From: Acholeplasmatales bacterium
GTDB taxonomy: Bacteria > Bacillota_I > Bacilli_A > Acholeplasmatales > Anaeroplasmataceae
Assembly (NCBI GenBank): GCA_900767915.1
Contig: CAAGAX010000060.1
Coordinates: forward strand, 87,819 to 151,818
Length of the DNA: 64,000 bases
Direction of reading: 5' to 3'
This document shows positions 1-9,431 of the stretch, one piece after another (position 1 is the first letter of the stretch; each line of letters starts with the position of its first letter). The notes beneath the pieces were generated by a model. That model was not told the origin of the DNA, did not search any database, and was given only the letters and a program-made list of their open reading frames with translations. The position numbers and the translations under genes were made by a program.

Positions 1-354
1 GTTTTACCTACAGTATTACAAAATCTTGAGAAGGGTAAGCTTCCTACTCATGCATTATTCTCACTTGCAGCATTAATTACTTTCTACCATGGTGTAAGAT
101 TATCTGATGGTTCTAAGATTGATTTACAAGATACTAATGCTTGGTTTATTGAATTATTAGCTAAGCTTTGGGCTGAAAATGATGGTAAGACTCAAGATGG
201 TGCTAAGGCTATCGTTACTGCAGTATTAGGCTTAAAGGATCATTGGGGAGTAGATTTAAATACTCTTGATGGTGTAAATGATTTTGTTACTAAGTCTTTA
301 GTAGCTATTAACACTATGCCAATGAGAGATGCAATTGCTACAATCATTAAGTAA
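1..354 (+). CDS. uxaB: 3' end of tagaturonate reductase / altronate oxidoreductase (mannitol dehydrogenase family C-terminal domain); 5' end lies outside the window
   Basis: Frame 1 is open from base 1 to TAA at 352-354 (...LPTHALFSLAALITFYHG...MPMRDAIATIIK*). It lies directly upstream of uxaA-uxaC, the usual hexuronate context. Confidence 0.6.
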   Translation, partial: VLPTVLQNLEKGKLPTHALFSLAALITFYHGVRLSDGSKIDLQDTNAWFIELLAKLWAENDGKTQDGAKAIVTAVLGLKDHWGVDLNTLDGVNDFVTKSLVAINTMPMRDAIATIIK

Positions 355-380
355 TAAAAATTTAACATAAAGGTGATTCT

Positions 381-1859
381 ATGAAGGATTATATTATCAT
401 AAATGAGTTTGATAATGTGGCTGTTGTACTTCGTCCATTTAAAAAGGGTGAAGTTATTGAAAATGTTACATTACTTGAGGATATCCCACAAGCTCATAAG
501 GTTGCATTAAAAGAAATTAAAAAGGGTGAGAATGTTATTAAGTATGGTAACCCTATTGGACATGCAACAAAGGACATTCATGTAGGTGAGCATGTTCATA
601 CTCATAATGTTCAAACAAATTTAGATAGTGTTATTAATTATGAATATAAGCCAAATTATCCAGAGGTTTTAGGCTATAAGTCTGATAGAACTGTTGATGT
701 ATATGAACGTTCAACTGGAGAATATGGTATTCGTAATGAATTATGGATTATCCAAACAGTTGGCTGTGTTTCTGGTATGGCCAACCGCATAATTGAAAAT
801 TTTAAAGCTAATTATGATACATCAGAAATTGATGGTATATATACATTCCAGCATCCATTTGGTTGTTCACAAATGGGTGGGGATTTAGCTCTAACTCGTA
901 CCTTACTTCAGGATATGGTTAAGCATCCAAATGCTGGTGGAGTATTAGTATTAGGACTTGGCTGTGAGGAAAACCTAGTTAGTACTTTCAAGGATACATT
1001 AGGTAAGTATGACGAATCTCGTACGCGCTTTTTAATATCTCAGGAGGTTAGTGATGAGGTTTATGAGGGAACTAAGTTATTAAAGGAATTATATGATCAA
1101 ATGAAGAATGATAAGAGAGTTACAAAGCCTCTTTCTGTACTTCGTATTGGTTTAAAGTGTGGTGGTTCTGATGGTATGTCAGGCATCACTGCTAACCCTT
1201 TATTAGGTAGATTTTCTGATTTCTTAGCAATTAATGACGCTGCAACAGTTTTAGGAGAGGTTCCTGAAATGTTTGGTGCTGAAAAGCTTTTAATGGCACG
1301 TGCTAAGGATGAAGAGACATTTAATAAAATTGTTAAGCTAATTAATGATTTTAAGATTTATTTTGAGAATCATCATCAGGTAATTTATGATAATCCATCT
1401 CCTGGTAATAAGGCCGGTGGTATCACAACCTTAGAGGATAAGTCTTTAGGCTGTACTCAAAAGGGTGGTGCTTCAAAGGTTAATGGCGTAATGGCTATGG
1501 GTGAAAGAATTAAGGAGCATGGTTTAAATCTATTATGTACTCCTGGAAATGATTTATGTGCTGTTACAACACTTGCTTGTAGTGGATGTCAAATGGTTTT
1601 ATTTACAACTGGTCGTGGTACTCCATTTGGAGGATTTGTACCAACTGTGAAGGTGGCTACAAATACAGCTTTAGCTACAAAGAAGAGTAATTGGATTGAT
1701 TTTAATGCCGGTGATTTAGTAGATAAGCTAGACATGAATCAATTATTAGAGAAATTCATTGATTTAATTTGTGATATTGCCTCTGGTAAAAAGCAAACTA
1801 AGAATGAAATTAATAACTTTAGAGAAATTTCCATTTTTAAAGATGGAGTAGTATTATAA
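381..1859 (+). CDS. uxaA: altronate dehydratase (SAF N-terminal domain plus D-galactarate/altronate dehydratase C-terminal domain)
   Basis: 492-aa ORF with RBS AAAGGTGA upstream. The N-terminal 'NVAVVLRP..KGE' SAF-like segment and the Cys-rich core (GLGCEEN, LKCGGSDG) are typical of UxaA, as is the ~495 aa size. Confidence 0.85.
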   Translation: MKDYIIINEFDNVAVVLRPFKKGEVIENVTLLEDIPQAHKVALKEIKKGENVIKYGNPIGHATKDIHVGEHVHTHNVQTNLDSVINYEYKPNYPEVLGYKSDRTVDVYERSTGEYGIRNELWIIQTVGCVSGMANRIIENFKANYDTSEIDGIYTFQHPFGCSQMGGDLALTRTLLQDMVKHPNAGGVLVLGLGCEENLVSTFKDTLGKYDESRTRFLISQEVSDEVYEGTKLLKELYDQMKNDKRVTKPLSVLRIGLKCGGSDGMSGITANPLLGRFSDFLAINDAATVLGEVPEMFGAEKLLMARAKDEETFNKIVKLINDFKIYFENHHQVIYDNPSPGNKAGGITTLEDKSLGCTQKGGASKVNGVMAMGERIKEHGLNLLCTPGNDLCAVTTLACSGCQMVLFTTGRGTPFGGFVPTVKVATNTALATKKSNWIDFNAGDLVDKLDMNQLLEKFIDLICDIASGKKQTKNEINNFREISIFKDGVVL

Positions 1860-1884
1860 TTTTAATATAAGGAGAAAAAATAAA

Positions 1885-3297
1885 ATGAAGGATTTTATGG
1901 ATGACGATTTCTTATTAACAACAGAAACCGCAAAAAAGCTTTATCATGAGCATGCAGAAAATATGCCAATTATTGACTATCACTGCCATTTACAACCAAA
2001 AGAAATTTATGAGGATAAGAAATTTCGTAATTTAGCTGAGGTTTGGCTAGGAGCTGGTGATCGTTATGGTGATCACTATAAGTGGAGAAGCTTACGTGCT
2101 AGAGGATATGAAGAGGATAGTATTTCTGGTCCTGATGATGACTATAAAAAGTATATGCAATTTGTTGAGTCTATGCCTTATTTTGTTGGCAATCCATTAT
2201 ATCATTGGTCTCATCTTGAAATGAGAAGATACTTTGGTATTTATGATATTATTAATAAAGATAATGCTAAGAAAATTTGGGATGAAGCAAATAAGAAGCT
2301 TGAAACTTTAACAGCAAGACAAATGATGTATAAGTTTAAAGTTGATACTGTTTGTACAACTGACGATCCAGTTGATTCATTAGAGTGGCATAAGAAGATG
2401 AATAATGATTCGACATTAAAGGTTCATGTTCGTCCTGCTTTCCGTCCTGATAAGGCAATTAATGTTGAATTATCTTGGTTTGAATCTTGGGTAAATCAAT
2501 TAGCATCAGTAGTTGGTTATAAGATTGAATCATTAAATGATTTATGTAAGGCTTTAGCTGAAAGAATTAATTTCTTCCATGAAATGGGTTCTCGCTTATC
2601 AGATCATGCCTTAGATGTTGTACATTATACTCCTGCAACTTATGAAGAAGCTAATAAGGTATTCTTAAAGGGTATGCATCATGAAGCAATTTCTTCATTA
2701 GAAGAAGATCAATATAAGGGTTATATTCTTGTATTCTTAGGTAAGGAATATCATAAGCATGGCTGGGTTCAACAATATCATATTGGCGCATTAAGAAATA
2801 ATTCAAAATCAATGCTAAAGAAGATTGGACCAGATACAGGCTTTGATGCAATTGAAGATCAAAACTATATGGAAAAGCTTTCTAGCTTATTAGGAGCTTT
2901 AGATGAAACTGATGAACTTCCTAAGACAATTCTATATTGCTTAAATCCAAGAGATAATTATGCTTTAACAGTATTAGCAGGCTGCTTCCAAAAGGAAGGA
3001 GTTAAGGGTAGAGTTCAAGTTGGTACTGCTTGGTGGTTCTTAGATCAACAAGATGGTATGAAACAAAATCTTGAAACATTAATGCAAGTTGGCTTAGTTG
3101 CTCAATCTGTAGGTATGTTAACAGATTCACGTAGCTTCTTAGCTTATCCTCGTCATGAATATTATAGACGTATTCTTTGCCAAATGCTTGGTAATTTAGT
3201 TGAATCAGGTCAATATCCTCAATCTGAATTAGATACATTAGGTAAGATTGTTGAAGATGTTTGCTATAATAATGCTAAGGAATACTTTGGATTCTAA
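1885..3297 (+). CDS. uxaC: glucuronate (uronate) isomerase
   Basis: 470-aa ORF with RBS AAGGAGAA. The N-terminus 'FLLTTETAKKLYHEHAENMPIIDYHCHL' matches the conserved UxaC opening motif, and the size is typical. Confidence 0.9.
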   Translation: MKDFMDDDFLLTTETAKKLYHEHAENMPIIDYHCHLQPKEIYEDKKFRNLAEVWLGAGDRYGDHYKWRSLRARGYEEDSISGPDDDYKKYMQFVESMPYFVGNPLYHWSHLEMRRYFGIYDIINKDNAKKIWDEANKKLETLTARQMMYKFKVDTVCTTDDPVDSLEWHKKMNNDSTLKVHVRPAFRPDKAINVELSWFESWVNQLASVVGYKIESLNDLCKALAERINFFHEMGSRLSDHALDVVHYTPATYEEANKVFLKGMHHEAISSLEEDQYKGYILVFLGKEYHKHGWVQQYHIGALRNNSKSMLKKIGPDTGFDAIEDQNYMEKLSSLLGALDETDELPKTILYCLNPRDNYALTVLAGCFQKEGVKGRVQVGTAWWFLDQQDGMKQNLETLMQVGLVAQSVGMLTDSRSFLAYPRHEYYRRILCQMLGNLVESGQYPQSELDTLGKIVEDVCYNNAKEYFGF

Positions 3298-3311
3298 TAG
3301 CTAAATAAAAA

Positions 3312-3340
3312 AAGATGGGATATTAATCTCATCTTTTTTC
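3312..3340 (+). terminator. rho-independent terminator after uxaC
   Basis: 10-bp stem AAGATGGGAT / ATCTCATCTT (one G-U pair), 4-nt loop, followed by a T-run. Confidence 0.7.
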
Positions 3341-3371
3341 GGCTTTATAATTATGTGAAAAAGGAGAAAAA

Positions 3372-3794
3372 ATGAAAAAAAGAAAAATACCTGATATTAT
3401 TATATTTTCAATTTATGCATTATCAGTAGTCTTTTTAAGTATATTTGGAATAATATGGGGCTTCTCACCTAGTTTTTATCAAATGCTTTTATATTTTATA
3501 ATGGGCTTTGGAATTGTAGGACTTCTTGGAATTTTAGCAAAGCTACTTATTGATAAAAATTATGATTTTAATATATATGGATTAGCTTTTTTAGTATCAT
3601 TAACTGTAATTGCCATCTTATGTCATTATATAGTTAAATATTTCAAATTATATGAGATTTTACCTTGGCTTTCGTGGACTATTTTAATTTCATTAATTTT
3701 AATTTCATTAAGTATATGTTTGATTTTAAATATTAAAAAATTAAATAATAAAAAATCATCTAACAAGCCAAAAATTGTTTCAAATAGCAGATAA
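3372..3794 (+). CDS. small polytopic membrane protein, function unknown
   Basis: 140-aa ORF with RBS AAGGAGAA. About 4 hydrophobic helices and a basic C-terminal tail. Confidence 0.5.
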   Translation: MKKRKIPDIIIFSIYALSVVFLSIFGIIWGFSPSFYQMLLYFIMGFGIVGLLGILAKLLIDKNYDFNIYGLAFLVSLTVIAILCHYIVKYFKLYEILPWLSWTILISLILISLSICLILNIKKLNNKKSSNKPKIVSNSR

Positions 3795-3881
3795 TTTTTT
3801 AATTAGTTTTTTTAAAATACTACAAATTTGTAGTGTTGTGTGATAAAATAGTAAAAGCATATTTGTGCATGGAGGTATTTT

Positions 3882-6311
3882 ATGAGTGAATATAATCATA
3901 TAGATATAGAAAAAAAATGGCAAAAATATTGGGAGGATAATCACACTTTTAAGACAGATGTATGGGATTTCTCTAAACCAAAATTTTATGCCCTTGATAT
4001 GTTTCCATATCCATCTGGAGTAGGACTTCATGCAGGTCACCCTGAAGGATATACAGCAACTGATATTATTTCAAGAATGAAAAGAATGCAAGGATATAAT
4101 GTATTACATCCAATGGGATATGATTCATTTGGTTTACCTGCAGAGCAATACGCTATTCAAACTGGAAATCATCCTGAAGGCTTTACAAAGAAAAATATTG
4201 GAACATTTACTAAGCAATTAAAGGAATTAGGCTTTGATTATGATTGGGATAAATGCATTTCAACTAGCGATCCTGAATTTTATCATTGGACTCAATGGAT
4301 ATTTAAAAATTTATATTTAGATGGCTATGCTAAATATATTGATATGCCAGTTAATTGGTGTGAGGAATTAGGTACAGTTTTATCAAATGATGAGGTTATC
4401 GATGGTAAAAGTGAACGTGGTGGATATCCTGTTATTCGTAAAAATATGAAGCAATGGGTTATTGATCAGCCTAAGTTTGCTGAAGGATTATTAGAAGGCT
4501 TAAATGAAATTGATTGGCCTGAATCAACAAAGGAAATGCAAAAAAATTGGATTGGTAAATCTACAGGCGTTGAGGTTGATTTTAAGATTGTTGGTGGTGG
4601 AGAATTTTCTATCTTTACAACTTGTATCGAAACAATTTATGGTATTACATTTATGGTTTTAGCACCTGATGGACAAATTGTTAAGGATTTAATGCCAAGA
4701 ATCGAAAATAAGGATGAGGTTAATGCCTATATTGCTGAAACCTTAAAGAAAAATGATTTAGATCGTACTGAATTAAATAAAACAAAGAGTGGATGTATAT
4801 TAAAGGGCTTATACGCAATTAATCCTGTTAATGGTAAAGAGGTTCCTTTATTTATTGGTGATTTCGTATTAGCTAGCTATGGTACTGGTGCAGTTATGGC
4901 AGTGCCTAGTCATGATCAAAGAGATTTTGAATATGCAAAAGCTCATAATATTCCAATGATTCAAGTTATTGAGGGTAGAGATGTCAGTGAATGTGCTTTT
5001 GAAAAGAAGGATTATTTAGATTCAGAATATCATTTAATTAATTCTATGGAATTTACTGGAATGACAGTGTTAGAAGCAAAAGAAGCAATTACTAAAAAGC
5101 TTGAGACAATGGGTGTTGCTAGACGTAAGGCTAATTATCGATTCCGTGAATGGATATTTGCTCGTCAACGTTATTGGGGTGAGCCAGTACCTGTTGTTCA
5201 TACAGATGATGGAAAGGTATTTGTTTTACCTGATGATGAACTACCTCTTATTTTACCAGAGCTAGATGATTATAAGGGTCAAAATGGTAAGGCACCACTT
5301 GAAAATGCTAAAGACTGGAAGGAATATAATAAGCATGGTATTCATGGTACACGTGAAACATCTACTATGCCAGGTTCAGCAGGCTCAAGTTGGTATTATA
5401 TGCGCTATATAGATCCAAAAAATGATAAGGAATTAGCTAATAAGGAATTATTAAAGCATTGGATGCCAGTAGATTTATATATTGGTGGACCAGAACATGC
5501 AGTAGGACACCTAATGTATGCTCGTATTTGGAATAGATATTTATATGATAAAGGAATTTCTCCTGTTAAAGAACCATTTAAGAAGCTTGTTCATCAAGGT
5601 ATGATTTTAGGCTCAAATGGTATTAAGATGGGTAAGAGATTCCCAGAATATGTTGTAAATCCTTCTACAATTGTTAAAGAATATGGTGCCGATACTCTTA
5701 GATTATATGAAATGTTTATGGGACCACTTGAGGCATCTAAGCCTTGGAGTCAAGCAGGCGTTGAAGGCGCTAGACGTTTTGTTGAAAGAGTTTATCGTTT
5801 AGTTACTGATTCAGAATATACAAAGAGATTTACTAAGGAATATGATAAGACATTAGAAAAGATATACAATCAAACTGTTAAAAAGGTTACAACTGATTTT
5901 GAAGCTTTAAGCTTTAATACAGGTATTTCTCAATTAATGGTCTTTGTTAATGAGGCTTATAAGGCTGAACATATTTATATTGGCTTTATTGAGGGATTAG
6001 TTCAATTGATTTCTCCAGTTACACCACATTTAGGTGAGGAGCTATGGCAAATTCTTGGTCATAATGAATCAATCGCTTATTCAAAATGGCCTACATATGA
6101 TGAAGAATTAACAAAGGAAAATGATGTAACATATGCTGTATCAGTTAATGGTAAATTAAGAGATACTATTTCTATCGCTATTAATACTGATAAGGAAAAA
6201 GTGGAAAAGATTGCGTTATCTAGTGAAAAGGTTAAAAAATATACTGATGGACATAATATTGTAAAAATTATTGTTGTTCCTAATAAGATTGTTAATATTG
6301 TTATAAAATAA
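3882..6311 (+). CDS. leuS: leucine--tRNA ligase (canonical)
   Basis: 809 aa. HIGH region 'PYPSGVGLHAGHPEGY', CP1 editing block 'GTGAVMAVPSHDQRDFEYA', KMSKS-type loop 'IKMGKR', and 'GADTLRLYEMFMGPL'. Confidence 0.95.
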   Translation: MSEYNHIDIEKKWQKYWEDNHTFKTDVWDFSKPKFYALDMFPYPSGVGLHAGHPEGYTATDIISRMKRMQGYNVLHPMGYDSFGLPAEQYAIQTGNHPEGFTKKNIGTFTKQLKELGFDYDWDKCISTSDPEFYHWTQWIFKNLYLDGYAKYIDMPVNWCEELGTVLSNDEVIDGKSERGGYPVIRKNMKQWVIDQPKFAEGLLEGLNEIDWPESTKEMQKNWIGKSTGVEVDFKIVGGGEFSIFTTCIETIYGITFMVLAPDGQIVKDLMPRIENKDEVNAYIAETLKKNDLDRTELNKTKSGCILKGLYAINPVNGKEVPLFIGDFVLASYGTGAVMAVPSHDQRDFEYAKAHNIPMIQVIEGRDVSECAFEKKDYLDSEYHLINSMEFTGMTVLEAKEAITKKLETMGVARRKANYRFREWIFARQRYWGEPVPVVHTDDGKVFVLPDDELPLILPELDDYKGQNGKAPLENAKDWKEYNKHGIHGTRETSTMPGSAGSSWYYMRYIDPKNDKELANKELLKHWMPVDLYIGGPEHAVGHLMYARIWNRYLYDKGISPVKEPFKKLVHQGMILGSNGIKMGKRFPEYVVNPSTIVKEYGADTLRLYEMFMGPLEASKPWSQAGVEGARRFVERVYRLVTDSEYTKRFTKEYDKTLEKIYNQTVKKVTTDFEALSFNTGISQLMVFVNEAYKAEHIYIGFIEGLVQLISPVTPHLGEELWQILGHNESIAYSKWPTYDEELTKENDVTYAVSVNGKLRDTISIAINTDKEKVEKIALSSEKVKKYTDGHNIVKIIVVPNKIVNIVIK

Positions 6312-6330
6312 AAATTTGTAGGGAGTTTAT

Positions 6331-7815
6331 ATGAGAAAGGGATTAGGATTAAGAAATATTAAAACTGCTATTGCGGTATTAATATGCTTATTTATATATT
6401 TAGCTTTAATATTAATATTTAAAGCATGTAATGTTGTTTCAACTATAGGAGGAAATACCCTTGATGGTTGGGCAGGTGCTATTCGTATAGCAACGGAATG
6501 CTATACCCCTTTCTTTGCATGTATCGCTACTGCATATAGTATGTCAACTGATAAAGGAAAATCAGTTGAACAGGCAAGATTAAGAATAGTCGCATCCTTA
6601 ATTGGCGGATTATTTGGTGTTTTAGTAGTATGGCTATATACTTCTATAACTAAAAATGATTGGAGTTTTCAATTTATTTCGGCTACCGGAAATCCAACTG
6701 GTGGATTTACTAAGGATAATTTCACAAATGAATATATTGCATCGTTTATTATTCCAATTATATTGACAGGATTATCTACTGTTGTTGTTATCTGGATTTG
6801 TAATTTATTGAATCAAAAGAGTGCGTCATTTGCGGCCGTTTTAACATTAACTGCTGTTATGACATCCCTAGGTACTAATGCGATTATATATGGCTTTAAT
6901 CGTATTTTCTCAACAATTATAGGTGTATTAGTAGCGTTATTAGTTAATCTATTCCATTTACCGCATAAAACCCAAAATAAAGATTTATTGTTCTGCGTTG
7001 GAATAGAGGGAGTCGTTTCTAATGATTCTAATGAACTTCCTGGATTCCCAAGCTTTAAGCTCAATTTATTAAATTATAGAGGTGCTAATTGTACAATTTT
7101 TACAACTAGAATTCCAACTACATTTATGGGAATGCTAAAAAATGTTAAGATTTCACATCCTGTTGTTTGTATGAGTGGAGCGGCATTATATGATACTAAA
7201 ACAAAGAGGTATCTTGATTTTGAGCCTATTCCTACTCAAATTTCAAATGAGCTTGATAAATTCTTAGAATCATCAAATATTACCCCATTTAAGAATATAA
7301 TTGAGGATGATGTATTACATATTTATTGTGAAAAGGTAGATAATATTGGAGAAGAGCTTTACTATCAAGGGAAGAAAAATGGACCATATTGTGTTGCGTC
7401 TATCTCTAAAACTCCTATTGATAAGGAAGTATTATATTATCTATTAGTAATTCCAGAAGAGGATATTAAAATTGTTAGTGATTATGTAACTAAGAACTTT
7501 AGTAATTCATTATATATTCAAATTTATGATTTTTTTGATAATTCTGATAACTCTAAAGGGTTTAAATATTTGAAGATTTATAATAAAGAAATTTTAAAGC
7601 TAAGAGTATTACATGATTATGCTAATAAAAATAATTTAAGAATTGTTGGTGCGACAACAAATGAATTATCTAATCATTTATTAGATAATAGTGAAATTAG
7701 ATTGACAACAACTTCTTATAATAATTCATCAACATTTGTTAAAAAGAATGGCTATGAAGGATTATTTAAGGAAATGACAAAAATCTATTATAGTAAAAAG
7801 GTATCAAGAAAGTAA
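6331..7815 (+). CDS. fusion protein: N-terminal FUSC/aromatic-acid-exporter-like membrane domain plus C-terminal Cof-type HAD-like domain with degenerate catalytic motifs
   Basis: 494 aa. The N-terminus 'GLRNIKTAIAVLICLFIY' and about 5 TM helices resemble the YgaE/FUSC family. The C-terminal half is colinear with Cof phosphatases, but motif I is 'VGIEGVV' (not DxDGT) and motif IV is 'GATTNE' (not GDxxND). Confidence 0.6.
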   Translation: MRKGLGLRNIKTAIAVLICLFIYLALILIFKACNVVSTIGGNTLDGWAGAIRIATECYTPFFACIATAYSMSTDKGKSVEQARLRIVASLIGGLFGVLVVWLYTSITKNDWSFQFISATGNPTGGFTKDNFTNEYIASFIIPIILTGLSTVVVIWICNLLNQKSASFAAVLTLTAVMTSLGTNAIIYGFNRIFSTIIGVLVALLVNLFHLPHKTQNKDLLFCVGIEGVVSNDSNELPGFPSFKLNLLNYRGANCTIFTTRIPTTFMGMLKNVKISHPVVCMSGAALYDTKTKRYLDFEPIPTQISNELDKFLESSNITPFKNIIEDDVLHIYCEKVDNIGEELYYQGKKNGPYCVASISKTPIDKEVLYYLLVIPEEDIKIVSDYVTKNFSNSLYIQIYDFFDNSDNSKGFKYLKIYNKEILKLRVLHDYANKNNLRIVGATTNELSNHLLDNSEIRLTTTSYNNSSTFVKKNGYEGLFKEMTKIYYSKKVSRK

Positions 7816-7825
7816 GGTTGATTTT

Positions 7826-8647
7826 ATGAGTGATATATTAGAAGTCAAGGATTTATATGCTAGAGTTGAAGAAAAGGAAATATTAAAGGGCGTAAATCTA
7901 ACTATTAAAACAGGAGAGGTTCATGCGATAATGGGACCTAATGGTACTGGTAAATCGACATTATCATCTATTATTATGGGTTCTCCTAAATATCAGGTAA
8001 CATCAGGAGATATATTATTTAATGGAAAAAGTATTTTAGCTATGCCAGTTGATGAAAGAGCTAGACTTGGAATATTTTTAGCATATCAATATCCTGCTGA
8101 GGTTCCTGGTGTAACTAATAGTGATTTTATTAGAAGCGCTATGAAATCTACAAGTGGAAAAAATCCATCATTATTCTCATTTATAAAGGAATATGATAAG
8201 GCATGTAATGAATTAAAAATGCCTGAGGATTTAGCACATAGATATTTAAATGAGGGATTCTCTGGTGGAGAAAAGAAGAGAAATGAAATTCTTCAAATGA
8301 AAATGCTAAAGCCTAAATTTGGTATTTTAGATGAAATTGATTCAGGACTTGATGTAGATGCCCTACGTATAGTTGGTGAAAATGTATATGATATGGTAGG
8401 AGAGAATTTTGGTTGTTTATTAATTACTCATTATCAAAGACTTCTTGATTATATTAAGCCTACTCATGTTCATGTAATGATTAATGGTAAGATTGTTATG
8501 ACTGGCGGAAATGATTTAATCACTAAGATTGATAATGAAGGCTATGATTGGGTTAAAAGAGAATTAGGTATCGAAATAGATAAAGAAGAAAAGAAGACCC
8601 ATGCGATACTAGGCTCTTGTGCTCATGCAGGAAAAAAGAATGCCTAA
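7826..8647 (+). CDS. sufC: Fe-S cluster assembly ATPase SufC
   Basis: Walker A 'GPNGTGKST', signature 'FSGGEKKR', Walker B 'ILDEIDSGLD'. First gene of a sufCDSUB cluster. Confidence 0.95.
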   Translation: MSDILEVKDLYARVEEKEILKGVNLTIKTGEVHAIMGPNGTGKSTLSSIIMGSPKYQVTSGDILFNGKSILAMPVDERARLGIFLAYQYPAEVPGVTNSDFIRSAMKSTSGKNPSLFSFIKEYDKACNELKMPEDLAHRYLNEGFSGGEKKRNEILQMKMLKPKFGILDEIDSGLDVDALRIVGENVYDMVGENFGCLLITHYQRLLDYIKPTHVHVMINGKIVMTGGNDLITKIDNEGYDWVKRELGIEIDKEEKKTHAILGSCAHAGKKNA

Positions 8648-9431
8648 TTTAAATTCAATTTCTATTTCTAGCTTGGGTCTAGCTAGTGATGGAAAATATC
8701 ATATTGATGGTATTGAAAGCCCAATATATTTAATTAATGAAAATTGTGAAATTGTCGTAGAAGAGGGAAGCATTGTATCTTTTTTAGATACTTCATCCGA
8801 TTCTAATATTAATGTTTTAGGATTAAAGAATTCTTCTATTAATTATTATGTATTAAATAGTAATAGTGGTAAAAGACATTTTGATATTAATGGTGAAATA
8901 AATTATTTAGAAATTGCTATAGGAAATATTAATGAGAATTTCTGCATTAATCTTTTAAATGAAAATTCTAGTGCTATAGCTAAGGTTTTATCTATTGCTG
9001 ATAAGGCTAATGCAAAATTCATTGAGGTAATAGATCATAAGGAAAAAAATACAGAATCAAATATTACTAATGTTGGTGTATCAATGAATCAATCTGGAAT
9101 TATTTTTGATACAACAGGTAAGATTGATAAGGGAATGAGTGGTTCTAAATGTAGCCAATTATCTAGAGGAATTGTTATGGATGATAATTCATTTATTACT
9201 GCTAAGCCTATTTTATTAATTGATGAGTTTGATTGCTTTGCAAATCATGGTGCTTCAATTGGAAAAATGAGTGATGAGGATTTATTCTATTTAATGAGTA
9301 GAGGTTTATCTAAAAATGATGCTTTTTTACTTATTTTAAAGGGTATTATTAAGCCATATATTGATGCTTTACCACTTGATGAGCTAAAGGATAAAATATT
9401 AGAAAAAATAACTAATTTGATTGAGAAGTGA
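8619..9431 (+). CDS. sufD: Fe-S cluster assembly protein SufD (short form)
   Basis: Position between sufC and sufS. The C-terminal '[25 protein letters not shown]' matches the SufB/SufD signature. The true start is probably ATG 8640, giving an ATGCCTAA overlap with the sufC stop. Confidence 0.8.
   Translation: MLMQEKRMPNLNSISISSLGLASDGKYHIDGIESPIYLINENCEIVVEEGSIVSFLDTSSDSNINVLGLKNSSINYYVLNSNSGKRHFDINGEINYLEIAIGNINENFCINLLNENSSAIAKVLSIADKANAKFIEVIDHKEKNTESNITNVGVSMNQSGIIFDTTGKIDKGMSGSKCSQLSRGIVMDDNSFITAKPILLIDEFDCFANHGASIGKMSDEDLFYLMSRGLSKNDAFLLILKGIIKPYIDALPLDELKDKILEKITNLIEK

Noticed and set aside
2651-3238. Minus-strand ORFs inside uxaC (2651-2851, 3002-3238). Similar antisense ORFs in the track lie at 6813-7064, 31497-31712, 33689-33976, 34339-34530, 36835-37092, 38775-38972, 47911-48108 and 49369-49671.
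   Set aside because: Each lies wholly inside a strongly supported gene on the other strand. They have no RBS and a low-complexity, hydrophobic composition typical of shadow frames in AT-rich DNA.
3795-3881. Expected T-box riboswitch upstream of leuS.
   Set aside because: The gap is only 87 nt, with no specifier-loop or T-box (AANNNGGTGGNACCGCG-like) sequence. That is too short for a T-box leader.
5620-5650. Non-canonical KMSKS loop 'KMGKR' in the canonical LeuRS, considered as a sign of inactivation.
   Set aside because: Both lysines of the loop, the HIGH motif and the editing Asp block are retained, and the rest of the protein is highly conserved. It is treated as a normal lineage variant.
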